In this document: positions 1 to 8,423 of the stretch, piece after piece
Layout: the number at the start of each line of letters is the position of its first letter
How positions within the stretch are numbered: the stretch's first letter is position 1
Source of the DNA: an uncultured Verrucomicrobiota bacterium
Lineage (GTDB): Bacteria; Verrucomicrobiota; Kiritimatiellia; JAAZAB01
Length of the DNA stretch: 27,697 nt
Assembly: GCA_964469675.1 (NCBI GenBank)
Contig: CAYYBV010000001.1
Span: 12,909 to 40,605 of the forward strand
Direction of reading: 5' to 3'
Program-made: the position numbers and the translations under genes
The notes under the pieces: generated by a model
The model's input: only the letters and a program-made list of their open reading frames with translations
What the model was told of the DNA's origin: nothing
Databases searched by the model: none

Positions 1-1083
1 GAGATCAGGTTTACCCAGCCGCTTTTAAAGGATGGGTGGTTTCGATACAACCGTGGCCCGATTATGATCGCCCAAAATGGCGAGCAGGTCTCCGTCTACC
101 AGTTTAAGTGGAATTTGATCAACCGGTTGGTGGAGGTGCACAGTTATTATTGGGCGTTGGTTCAAACCATTGAGGCCTTGAAGGTGAAGCGGGAGTCGTT
201 CAAGTATGCCCAGGACATGCTGGAAAAAAACCGCAAACAGGTCAAGGCCGGGTTCCTGGCCGAATACGATGTGATCTCGCCGGAAGCCAGTGCCACGGCG
301 CTGAGGGTTGATATTCTTGCCATCGAAAATTCCATTTACCAGTATGAGGATGCGATTAAGAACATCATTTTTAATAAAAACACCGAATTGCGCTCGGATC
401 TGGCGATTGTGCCGGCCGACCGGCCCGAAATGCAAAAAGACGTTAAAGAAATAATGGCCGATCCGGAGACAATCATTGACCTGGCGTTGAAGGCCCGCCC
501 GGATTATCAACTGCGGCAGCTGTCGGTAAAAAACTATGTAACCATGGAATACATGGCGAAAAACCAGCTACTGCCGCAAATCGATTTAACAGCGATCCTC
601 GGGGCGAACACGCTGGAAAACAGTTTCGGCGGCCAGTGGAACGACCTGTACTCACCCGATTCGCGGGATGCGTATGTCGGGCTGACCTTCAGTCTGCCGA
701 TTCAAAATCGGGCGGCCCGGGCCAGGCTCAAAATGGCCCGGATTGAACTTGACCAGGATTTGATTCGGCTGAAACAAAAAGAAAATGAAATTATTAAGGA
801 CGTCCGCAATGCGGTGCGCCAGTTGCAGATTGATTTTCAGCAGCTGCAGGCCAATACTGCCAATGTGGCCGCGAAGGAAAGACTTTTGAAGGCGGAGGAG
901 TTGCGCTTCAGCATTGGGGAGCGCACAAGCTTGGATGTTTTGAACGCCCAAACCGGTCTCTCCAATGCCCGGTTGCAAAGATTAAATGCCCTGGTCAATT
1001 ACAATATGTCAATCGTGAAGCTGGCGCAACAAAAGGGAACGCTTTTGGAGGAAAATGGCATTGAATGGAAAATTACAGAATAG
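1..1083 (+). CDS. TolC-family outer membrane efflux protein (5'-truncated by the window edge)
   Basis: Frame is open from base 1 (EIRFTQPLLKDG...), upstream of the Met at 64. OEP-type motifs FTQPLL, ALKARPDY, KNQLLPQIDL, GLTFSLPIQNRAARA and LRFSIGERTSLDVLNAQ, with two helical repeats. Confidence 0.92.
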   Translation, partial: EIRFTQPLLKDGWFRYNRGPIMIAQNGEQVSVYQFKWNLINRLVEVHSYYWALVQTIEALKVKRESFKYAQDMLEKNRKQVKAGFLAEYDVISPEASATALRVDILAIENSIYQYEDAIKNIIFNKNTELRSDLAIVPADRPEMQKDVKEIMADPETIIDLALKARPDYQLRQLSVKNYVTMEYMAKNQLLPQIDLTAILGANTLENSFGGQWNDLYSPDSRDAYVGLTFSLPIQNRAARARLKMARIELDQDLIRLKQKENEIIKDVRNAVRQLQIDFQQLQANTANVAAKERLLKAEELRFSIGERTSLDVLNAQTGLSNARLQRLNALVNYNMSIVKLAQQKGTLLEENGIEWKITE

Positions 1084-2701
1084 CTGTCGGACAGGATGTT
1101 ATGTGGCGGTCGTCCTGTGTGGTTTGTTTGTGGCGCTGACGCTTCCGCTTGCGGCGGAGATTGAACCGGTCAAGGTGGCAACAAATGTCCCGGCCCCGGC
1201 GGCGCAGCCGGGCGCAACGGGTGACCTGATGACTGCTGCCGTGGATCAGGATGATTATCGCACGTACCTTGACAGTCGCTTGCAGATGAAGAAGGCGCAG
1301 CTGGATCTCTACCAGGCGCAGCTGGAGCAAGCCCAGGCGCAGAGGTTGTTTGACCAAACCACCATGCTTTGCGAGGCGGGTGTTGCCAGCGGCAAAAGCG
1401 TTAACGACGCCAAAAAGAGCCTGGACAACAGCGCCGTGCAGGTCAAAAAAATGGAAATCGCCCTGGACCAGGTCAAGGTGGATATGTTGGACAAGGCCTC
1501 TTCGATTGCCGTGATTGCCGCCAAGAAATACCGGACCACGGATGAAAAAAGGATGGTGGATATCACGCTGCTGAACGATTCGCTGGAAGGCCGGATCAGG
1601 GCCATGTTCAATGATTTGACGCCGGAGCAGTTTAAAACCCTCATGACCATTCATAATATCAGGGTTTCGCTGCGCGAACAGGCCATCATTGCCGAGCCTT
1701 ACGAGCAAACGATTGCCCTGTTGGAGCATGGTGCGCAGACCAATCTCACCTTCCAGCTGCTCAAGGATGCCGACAACCTGGTGGTTGATATTCGCTTTGG
1801 CCAGCGCAATCTTCTGCCGCAGGTGTATCTTAAAAAAGATTCACAGGAAGCTTTCCCCAGTATTGATTCTGCCCAGTTTGCCCAGGAAGGCAGCCTGGGC
1901 GGCAAGGTTAAGTTCGACCTGATGCTTGAAAAGCTGGCGGAGAAAGACGAATCCTTCCGGCTGGTTGCGGTCAATCTGCCCAAGCAGTTTGATTTTTCCA
2001 TGGTTGATCCCAAAACCAGCGCCAAGGTCATGCAGGTAAAGTTTTCGTCCAGCGTTCCCAAGCAGCAGCTGGACCTTGAGATCGCGATCCCGGAAAAACT
2101 CGAGGCGTCCTTTGTTGACCAGACCATTGTGTTCTACGTGATGGCCGTAAGCACCAGCGAACTCAAGACCATCAATGACTTGCGCGAAAAATACAAGGAA
2201 GCGCCGATAGACGATGCCGACATTAAAACCATCAAAGGCAACAAGGTGCGCTTGGAGCTCATCCCGCGCGGCAAGGGCGAACTGGAGATTATCAGCGCCA
2301 ACCGGTACCAGGAAATCAAGGTCGGCGAACAGCCGACCATCCGGGTTGATTTGCATAATGTCGGCACCTTGTCCGTGCTGAATGCCCGGGTTGTGGTGGA
2401 TGCGCCCTATCTGTGGAAGGAGAAAATCGCGCCCAACCTTATTCCGGAGCTTAAGCCGGGCAACAAGGAGCCGGTGTTGGTTACGCTTACACCTCCGGCT
2501 GATATCGGCGTGGGCGAATATGATATCCGCGTGAAGGCCGAAGCCGAAGTCGGCACCGAGAAGATCATGGCCCTGGATAAAAGCATCTCGATTCGCGTCG
2601 GATCAAAAAGCAATGTTATTGGCAACGTTATCCTGATCGGGCTGTTGCTTGCCCTGGTCGGCGGGAGTGCGGTCGCGAGCATTAAAATCAGCAGGAGGTA
2701 A
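1055..2701 (+). CDS. Exported protein: signal peptide, alpha-helical hairpin, beta-rich domains, NEW3 (NPCBM-associated)-like Ig domain and C-terminal TM anchor
   Basis: 548 aa. Hydrophobic N-terminus ending LPLAA. Heptad-rich segment ~1250-1490. NEW3-like pattern (VDLHNVGT..VDAPYLW..IPELKPG..VTLTPPADIGVGEYDIRVKA) ~2290-2600. C-terminal TM (NVILIGLLLALVGGSAVASI) followed by KISRR. Overlaps the tolC end by 29 nt; GGAGG at 1047-1051. Confidence 0.75.
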   Translation: MALNGKLQNSCRTGCYVAVVLCGLFVALTLPLAAEIEPVKVATNVPAPAAQPGATGDLMTAAVDQDDYRTYLDSRLQMKKAQLDLYQAQLEQAQAQRLFDQTTMLCEAGVASGKSVNDAKKSLDNSAVQVKKMEIALDQVKVDMLDKASSIAVIAAKKYRTTDEKRMVDITLLNDSLEGRIRAMFNDLTPEQFKTLMTIHNIRVSLREQAIIAEPYEQTIALLEHGAQTNLTFQLLKDADNLVVDIRFGQRNLLPQVYLKKDSQEAFPSIDSAQFAQEGSLGGKVKFDLMLEKLAEKDESFRLVAVNLPKQFDFSMVDPKTSAKVMQVKFSSSVPKQQLDLEIAIPEKLEASFVDQTIVFYVMAVSTSELKTINDLREKYKEAPIDDADIKTIKGNKVRLELIPRGKGELEIISANRYQEIKVGEQPTIRVDLHNVGTLSVLNARVVVDAPYLWKEKIAPNLIPELKPGNKEPVLVTLTPPADIGVGEYDIRVKAEAEVGTEKIMALDKSISIRVGSKSNVIGNVILIGLLLALVGGSAVASIKISRR

Positions 2702-2707
2702 AGGCCT

Positions 2708-3433
2708 ATGGACAAAGCGGCTGTATTGGAAGCCGTCCAGCTGACCAAGCGCTATGAGAACGGTGTCCTGGCGGTGGACAATCTCAATCTCAACATCAGC
2801 CCGGGCGAGATCTATGTGCTTTTGGGGACCAACGGTGCGGGCAAAACCAGCACCATGATGCTGATGTTCGGCTTTACCGAGCCCACTGCGGGGACCGTCA
2901 GGATTTGCGGCTTTGACATCACGCGCGATCCGCTGGAGGCCAAAAAACACGCGGCCTATGTTTCAGAAAACGTGATGCTCTACGGCAGTTTCACGGCCCT
3001 GCAGAATATCGAGTTTTTTGCCAGGCTCGGCGGTGCCATTCAATCCGACGCCGCAACTTGTGAGCAATTCCTGTTGCGCGTGGGATTGCCCCTGGAAGCG
3101 CACCGCCGCCGCGTGCGCAGTTTTTCCAAGGGCATGCGCCAGCGCCTGGGTATTGCCATTGCCATGATGAAAAATACCGAGGTGATTATTTTGGATGAAC
3201 CCACTTCGGGGCTGGATCCCAAGGGTGGGGCTGATTTCCTGGATATTCTGCGGGAGTTAAAGGCGGAAGGCAAAGCCATTTTTATGTCCAGCCACGACAT
3301 CTTCCGGGCCGAGATCATCGCGGACCGGGTGGGGATCATGAGCCATGGCCGGATTGTCCAGGAGCTGGATCAGGCCGGCCTTGGTAATCAGGACCTTGAA
3401 AAGTTGTATTTACAGTACGAGCTGGAGAAATAG
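2708..3433 (+). CDS. ABC transporter ATP-binding protein (ABC-2/drug-exporter type)
   Basis: Walker A GTNGAGKT, signature FSKGMRQR, Walker B IILDEP, D-loop SGLD, H-loop SSH. SD AGGAGG at ~2692-2697. Confidence 0.96.
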   Translation: MDKAAVLEAVQLTKRYENGVLAVDNLNLNISPGEIYVLLGTNGAGKTSTMMLMFGFTEPTAGTVRICGFDITRDPLEAKKHAAYVSENVMLYGSFTALQNIEFFARLGGAIQSDAATCEQFLLRVGLPLEAHRRRVRSFSKGMRQRLGIAIAMMKNTEVIILDEPTSGLDPKGGADFLDILRELKAEGKAIFMSSHDIFRAEIIADRVGIMSHGRIVQELDQAGLGNQDLEKLYLQYELEK

Positions 3434-3434
3434 G

Positions 3435-4808
3435 ATGTTCGGGTTAATGGTCAAAAAAGAGATCCGCAGCCATGTCCTGACCTACCGGTTTGCGATGACG
3501 CTGGTCCTGTCCTTTGTGCTCATGCTGCTGGGTTTTCATTTGATGACCATGCATTACCAGGGCCGCATGGATGCCTATGCGGCCAGCGCGTCGGTTCGCG
3601 CCGATCAGGTGGCCAAAATCAGGAAAATTCCGGAACCGGAACAGCGTCTCCGCGAGTTGACCAGTCAAGGTGTTAGCTCTGGTTACCGGCCCGCGCTTTT
3701 AAGCATATTGGCGGTCGGGGTTGAAGGCGGTCTGCCGATTGCGCGCCATGCCGGCGGCTGGGGCGCTGACGGGAGCGATACGGACCGGTTTAAAAACCCG
3801 TTCCTCTCGGTGCTGATGGCGCCGGATTTTACCTATATTGTCGCCGTTATCTTGAGCCTGCTGGCCTTGATTTTTTCTTTTGATAATATCTGCGGCGAAA
3901 AAGAGCAGCAGACCTTGAAGTTGACCCTTTCTTATGCGGTGCCGCGCCACCTCGTGTTGCTGTCCAAATGGGTTGGCGGCTACGTGGTGCTGATCTGTCC
4001 GGTGCTCTTGGCCACGGGGGTGGCGCTGTTTATTATGAGTTTGCAAAAACATGTGCAACTGGAGCCGGGCGACCTCGTTCGCATTGCCCTGATGGTTGGG
4101 GCGGCGCTGGTCTACATTTCGCTTTTTTTTACGGTCGGCATCATGATTTCAACCCTGACCCATCGCGCGGTCACAGCCATGATCATTGCGCTGTTTGTCT
4201 GGGCGGCCTGGGTCTTGGTAATCCCGAATATCGCCATTGTGTGCGCCAAGCTGATTGCGCCGGTGCCGACTTATAACAAAATCGAAAATGAAAAAAACGC
4301 AGTGGACGAAGAAATCAACCTGAAAATCAATGCGATCGGCAAAACAATGCTTAATTATGGAAACGCGGCCAAAAAGCTCAAGGAAACATTTGAGCAGGAA
4401 AGGCAGCGGCGCCGGCAGGACCTTGATGAATTTTATGCAAACAAGATTGTTGCCCAGAACCGGCTGTGCACGCTGTTTTCGCGGCTCTCGCCCTTTGCCG
4501 CGTATAGCTATCTCTCGGCGGCGCTGGCCGATACGGGTGTTGATTTATACCGCCAATATTGGGCGGCGGACAAGCGGTTTAAAGATGATTTTGAAAGTTA
4601 TCGGCAGAAGCTTTGGGACGAAAGACGCGCAAACAAACTCAAGGCGGACTGGTTCCGGCCGGATGCGTTGGCGGTCTTTGTCGTCAGTCCAACTAGACTG
4701 GAAGACAGCATCAACCGGGCCGCGTTCGATTTTTCAATCATCGCCGTTCTTAATGTCATCTGCTTTTTAACCGCCTTTATGTGCTTCTTGCGTTATGATG
4801 TGAAGTAA
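3435..4808 (+). CDS. ABC-2 type permease subunit 1 with two large extracytoplasmic loops
   Basis: Start reassigned to ATG 3435, 1 nt after the ATPase stop: MFGLMVKKEIR. Contains FDNICGEKEQQTLKLTLSYAVPR..LLSKW, several TM helices and ends FLRYDVK. Confidence 0.88.
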   Translation: MFGLMVKKEIRSHVLTYRFAMTLVLSFVLMLLGFHLMTMHYQGRMDAYAASASVRADQVAKIRKIPEPEQRLRELTSQGVSSGYRPALLSILAVGVEGGLPIARHAGGWGADGSDTDRFKNPFLSVLMAPDFTYIVAVILSLLALIFSFDNICGEKEQQTLKLTLSYAVPRHLVLLSKWVGGYVVLICPVLLATGVALFIMSLQKHVQLEPGDLVRIALMVGAALVYISLFFTVGIMISTLTHRAVTAMIIALFVWAAWVLVIPNIAIVCAKLIAPVPTYNKIENEKNAVDEEINLKINAIGKTMLNYGNAAKKLKETFEQERQRRRQDLDEFYANKIVAQNRLCTLFSRLSPFAAYSYLSAALADTGVDLYRQYWAADKRFKDDFESYRQKLWDERRANKLKADWFRPDALAVFVVSPTRLEDSINRAAFDFSIIAVLNVICFLTAFMCFLRYDVK

Positions 4809-4819
4809 GGAGTCACGCC

Positions 4820-6247
4820 ATGCTGGCGCTGGTTATTAAAAAAGAAGTTTTGGAAAACCTGTTGAGCCTGCGGTTCAGCCTGGCCTGCCTGTTGTGCTTT
4901 GTGACGCTTGGGCTTGGACTGTGGGTTAACAGCTGGGAATATACTGAGAACCTGGCGGACTTGCGGGCAAATGCGGCCATGCATCGCCAGGAGGTGGAGC
5001 GCTATAATGACTCCTATATGATTTTATGGCGGGGCGTCAAGGTGGATTTGCCGCTCAATATCATGCAAATTTTCGTGTCGCGCCGGGCCGATGAAGGGTT
5101 GCGCACGATTCAAATCGCGCCATATTTGGAGCCTTTGTCGGTTGCGAGCCCAAAACTGACACCACTTGCGCACATGTTTCCGCGCACCGACCTGATTTTT
5201 TTCATTGGCGTTGTGATGAGTTTGCTGGCGCTGGTCTTCAGCTACGAGGCGGTGAGCGGTGAAAAAGAGCAGGGCACGCTCCGGCTCATGCTTTCCTACA
5301 GCATTCCGCGGGACACATACTTGCTGGGCAAATGGATCGGCGGCTTTGTCAGTCTGGTTCTACCGCTGGTGGTGGGCTTGATTTGCGCCGTGATGATTAC
5401 CCTCATTTTCCGGGATGTGCATTATACCCCGGCCAACTGGGCGCAGTTGCTGTTAATGTTTTTTGTCTCCATGCTTTACCTGTCCGCGATTTACTCGCTG
5501 GGCCTGTTTGTTTCAGCCCGCACCGCGCGCCCGGCTACCAGCGCGGTGGCCGTGCTTTTGGTGTGGGTAATCCTGGTCCTGGCCTGGCCGGCCGTGACGC
5601 CCTACCTGGCCACGCAGTTTGGCCGGACATCATCGCTGGTTGACCTTGAGAAAAGCAAGCGCGATGTGACCAATCTGGCCTGGGAACAGATGCAAACGGT
5701 GAGCAAGGCATATGATAAGTCGCACGGTATCCCGGAAAAATGGTGGGAAAACGGTATTGCCTGGGATAGTGAAATAATATTGCGCAAATGGATGGATATG
5801 AACGATGTGCAATTAAAAACCAGCAGGTTTATGACGCAGGAACAGGAGAAGTTGGATAATAATTTCTTGAACGCAATCAACCGCCAGACATTGATGGGGC
5901 AACATGTGTCCCGCCTGTCGCCTTTTTCGTCCTTCATGTATGTTTTGCTGGCGGCGGGCGGGGAAGACGCCGGGAATGAACGCGTGCTTCGCAAGCAGCT
6001 GATTGAGTATAAAGGGCGGATCGCTGATTACGGCTTTAAGAAAGAGGGTGAGCAGTTAGAAGCGCAGCTTAAAGGCGAAAAAAACCCGAAATATTCCTGT
6101 TCGGATTATCCGCGCTTTCAGATGCCGGTTATGACCATGCCGCATTTGCTGGGTGGCGTGGTCCTGGATGTGGCGTTGCTGTTGATCTGGAATGCGGTTT
6201 TTTTCATGGGGGCCTATATGTCGTTTCTCAGGTATGATGCGAGGTAG
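4820..6247 (+). CDS. ABC-2 type permease subunit 2 (paralogue of subunit 1)
   Basis: SD AAGGAG. MLALVIKKEV start, YEAVSGEKEQGTLRLMLSYSIPR..LLGKW, RLSPF and FLRYDAR end all match subunit 1. Confidence 0.88.
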   Translation: MLALVIKKEVLENLLSLRFSLACLLCFVTLGLGLWVNSWEYTENLADLRANAAMHRQEVERYNDSYMILWRGVKVDLPLNIMQIFVSRRADEGLRTIQIAPYLEPLSVASPKLTPLAHMFPRTDLIFFIGVVMSLLALVFSYEAVSGEKEQGTLRLMLSYSIPRDTYLLGKWIGGFVSLVLPLVVGLICAVMITLIFRDVHYTPANWAQLLLMFFVSMLYLSAIYSLGLFVSARTARPATSAVAVLLVWVILVLAWPAVTPYLATQFGRTSSLVDLEKSKRDVTNLAWEQMQTVSKAYDKSHGIPEKWWENGIAWDSEIILRKWMDMNDVQLKTSRFMTQEQEKLDNNFLNAINRQTLMGQHVSRLSPFSSFMYVLLAAGGEDAGNERVLRKQLIEYKGRIADYGFKKEGEQLEAQLKGEKNPKYSCSDYPRFQMPVMTMPHLLGGVVLDVALLLIWNAVFFMGAYMSFLRYDAR

Positions 6248-6248
6248 C

Positions 6249-7613
6249 ATGATGAAAAAAATGAAGTCTGATTTTCTGGTATTTTGCCTGGCAGGTTGCG
6301 CGTTGGTCCTGGCGGGGTGCGGCAACCGGGTGGAAAGCAATGTCCGCAAGCTGAGCGGCAATGCCGATGAGCGCAAAACGGCGATGATCGAATTGGCCAT
6401 GGTTAAGGATTTTGATGTCGCCGCCATGATCCAGGCGGCCAAAAACAAGCGCTTGCCTGTTGCCGCGCGCATGGATCTGATTACGGTGCTTGCGCGCCTG
6501 TTTTTGCGGGGCGGCCAGATGGAAATTGGCCAAGCATTGAATACCCTGGCCAATGATCCGGCGCCGGACGTCCGCAAGGCGGCTATCCGGGCATTGGGCG
6601 ATTTACATAATGCGGAAGGTGTCGAGCCCATGTTGGCCGCGCTTAAGGACCCTGACCCGGAGTTGCAGAAAGAGGTTCTGCTGGCCCTTGAGAAAAAAAA
6701 CACTGCCGATTTCAGGCTGGTCCTTATGAAGGATGTTCAAGAAATTTATGCCAAGACAAAAAATGACGCCAAGCAGGCCGAACTTAATGCCCTGGCCTTG
6801 AAACTGCTGGAAGACAATGCGAATAAGCTTGCGCAACAGGCGAACCAGCTGGCCTTGCGCGGGCAGCTTCGGGAGGCGGAGGCGAGCCTGGCGGGCGTCC
6901 TGGCCCTGGTGCCCGACAGCATTAATATAAACTACAAGCTGGGCCGTTTTTATTATGACAATGGTCAAAAGGACAAGGGGCTGGCCCTGCTCGAAAAGTA
7001 TGGCCTACTGGTGCGCGTTAAAAAGTTTGCCGCCGCCCCGCTGCTGGATGGCGGCCTTTCCGACCCATGCTGGGAACATGCGGTCCGGATCACTAATTTT
7101 TATCAATGCGTCTATACCTCACTGACTAAAAAAATATCCGGCAGAAGCGAGGTTCGCATGGGTTATACCACCACGGATTTCTATATTGCTTACAAGGCGT
7201 GGGAGCCTTCAACCAAAGGCATTAAATGTGCAGCCAAACTCAGGGACGCCGATGTCTGGGCTGATGACTGCGTTGAAATCTTTTTTGATCCCCGGCGCGA
7301 TCATAAAAAGTTTTACCAGGTTGTGGTTAATGGCCTGGGCACAATCTTTGATGTGCGTTGCGCGGGTGCCGGAGAAGACAAATCCTGGAACCCCAAAATC
7401 GAAGCCTGCCCGAAAGTGCAGCCGGATGCCTGGACCGCGGAAATAAAAATACCGCTTGCCGATCTGGAGATGGCTGACATTGTTCCGGGCACAATTTTCG
7501 GGTTTAATGTCGCCACAGTTCGAATTGGCAATGCCTCCGAATACGGGCAGTGGGCGCCCACATATGGCAGCTCGCGCCGGCCGGAACAATTCGGGTTTTT
7601 GCTGTTTGAATAA
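6249..7613 (+). CDS. Predicted lipoprotein: HEAT/PBS-lyase repeats + TPR-like helices + CBM9-like (DOMON-type sugar-binding) C-terminal domain
   Basis: Start reassigned to 6249, 1 nt after the permease stop. Lipobox LAGC. HEAT motifs (LANDPAPDVRKAAIRALG; ALKDPDPELQKEVLLAL), TPR-like NYKLGRFYYDNG, CBM9-like APLLDG..D..W, DDCVEIFFDP, WTAEIKIPLADL, GFNV, PEQFG. Confidence 0.75.
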   Translation: MMKKMKSDFLVFCLAGCALVLAGCGNRVESNVRKLSGNADERKTAMIELAMVKDFDVAAMIQAAKNKRLPVAARMDLITVLARLFLRGGQMEIGQALNTLANDPAPDVRKAAIRALGDLHNAEGVEPMLAALKDPDPELQKEVLLALEKKNTADFRLVLMKDVQEIYAKTKNDAKQAELNALALKLLEDNANKLAQQANQLALRGQLREAEASLAGVLALVPDSININYKLGRFYYDNGQKDKGLALLEKYGLLVRVKKFAAAPLLDGGLSDPCWEHAVRITNFYQCVYTSLTKKISGRSEVRMGYTTTDFYIAYKAWEPSTKGIKCAAKLRDADVWADDCVEIFFDPRRDHKKFYQVVVNGLGTIFDVRCAGAGEDKSWNPKIEACPKVQPDAWTAEIKIPLADLEMADIVPGTIFGFNVATVRIGNASEYGQWAPTYGSSRRPEQFGFLLFE

Positions 7614-7635
7614 TATTCGTCAATTCGGATAAAAT
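7606..7635 (+). promoter_or_regulatory. Candidate sigma70 promoter for cobS-btuF-btuC
   Basis: TTGAAT (7606-7611), 18 nt spacer, TAAAAT (7630-7635). By-eye match only. Confidence 0.4.
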
Positions 7636-7667
7636 CTCAAATCATTTGCGGGAGAGATTGTAAAATA

Positions 7668-8423
7668 ATGGTGTTTTCCGGCTTCATCACCGCAATGCGG
7701 ACATTGACCATCCTGCCCATGCCCGGCAAGGATGCGGCGCGAATGGCCGATGCCCTGTATTATTTCCCGCTGGTGGGCGCGCTCGTCGGCGGGTTGGTGA
7801 CTCTGGCGGTCTGGCTGCTGGGCGGCGTGCTGACCTGGCCCGTGGGCGCCGGCGTGGCCGGTGTATTGCTTTCCGCCTGGTTCACCCGCGGCCTGCACTT
7901 GGACGGCTTAAGCGACACGGTCGATGGTTTTTATGGGGCCTTTAGCAGTGAACGGCGGCTGGAAATAATGAAAGATCACCACGTCGGCGCGTTCGGCGTC
8001 GTGGCTGTCGTTATCGTGTTGTTGATGAAATCGGTGGCGTTTACCCAGCTGGCGATCGGCGGCCAATGGGTCTGGATCCCGGTCCCATTCATTCTCGCGC
8101 GCCTGGTACAGGTTTTGCTGGCCATGACACTGCCCTATGCCCGCCACGAGGGCGGCAAGGCGGAAGCATTTGTAAGGCAGGCGGACAAAACTCATTTTAT
8201 TGTTGCCGGCATCCTGGCCTTGGTCCTGTGCGGATTGCTGGTGCAACTCAGCGCGCTGGTATTGTTTGTGGTCACGTTAATTATCGGCTATTTATCTGCC
8301 CAGTGGATGAAACGCGCCTTTGGCGGTGTTACCGGCGATCTGCTGGGGTTTGCCAATGAGCTGGTCGAGTGCGCGCTCCTTTTCGCAATTGCCGCGGGCA
8401 GGCCTTATCTGGGAAACGGATGA
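7668..8423 (+). CDS. cobS: Adenosylcobinamide-GDP ribazoletransferase (cobalamin synthase)
   Basis: Motifs YFPLVG, TRGLHLDGLSDTVDG, LEIMKD..VGAFGV and FGGVTGDLLG in a polytopic membrane protein. Confidence 0.96.
   Translation: MVFSGFITAMRTLTILPMPGKDAARMADALYYFPLVGALVGGLVTLAVWLLGGVLTWPVGAGVAGVLLSAWFTRGLHLDGLSDTVDGFYGAFSSERRLEIMKDHHVGAFGVVAVVIVLLMKSVAFTQLAIGGQWVWIPVPFILARLVQVLLAMTLPYARHEGGKAEAFVRQADKTHFIVAGILALVLCGLLVQLSALVLFVVTLIIGYLSAQWMKRAFGGVTGDLLGFANELVECALLFAIAAGRPYLGNG

Noticed and set aside
4277-4297. caaaatcgaaaatgaaaaaaa in permease 1 as another heptamer array
   Set aside because: Only about two units, explained by Lys/Glu/Asn codons in a helical segment.
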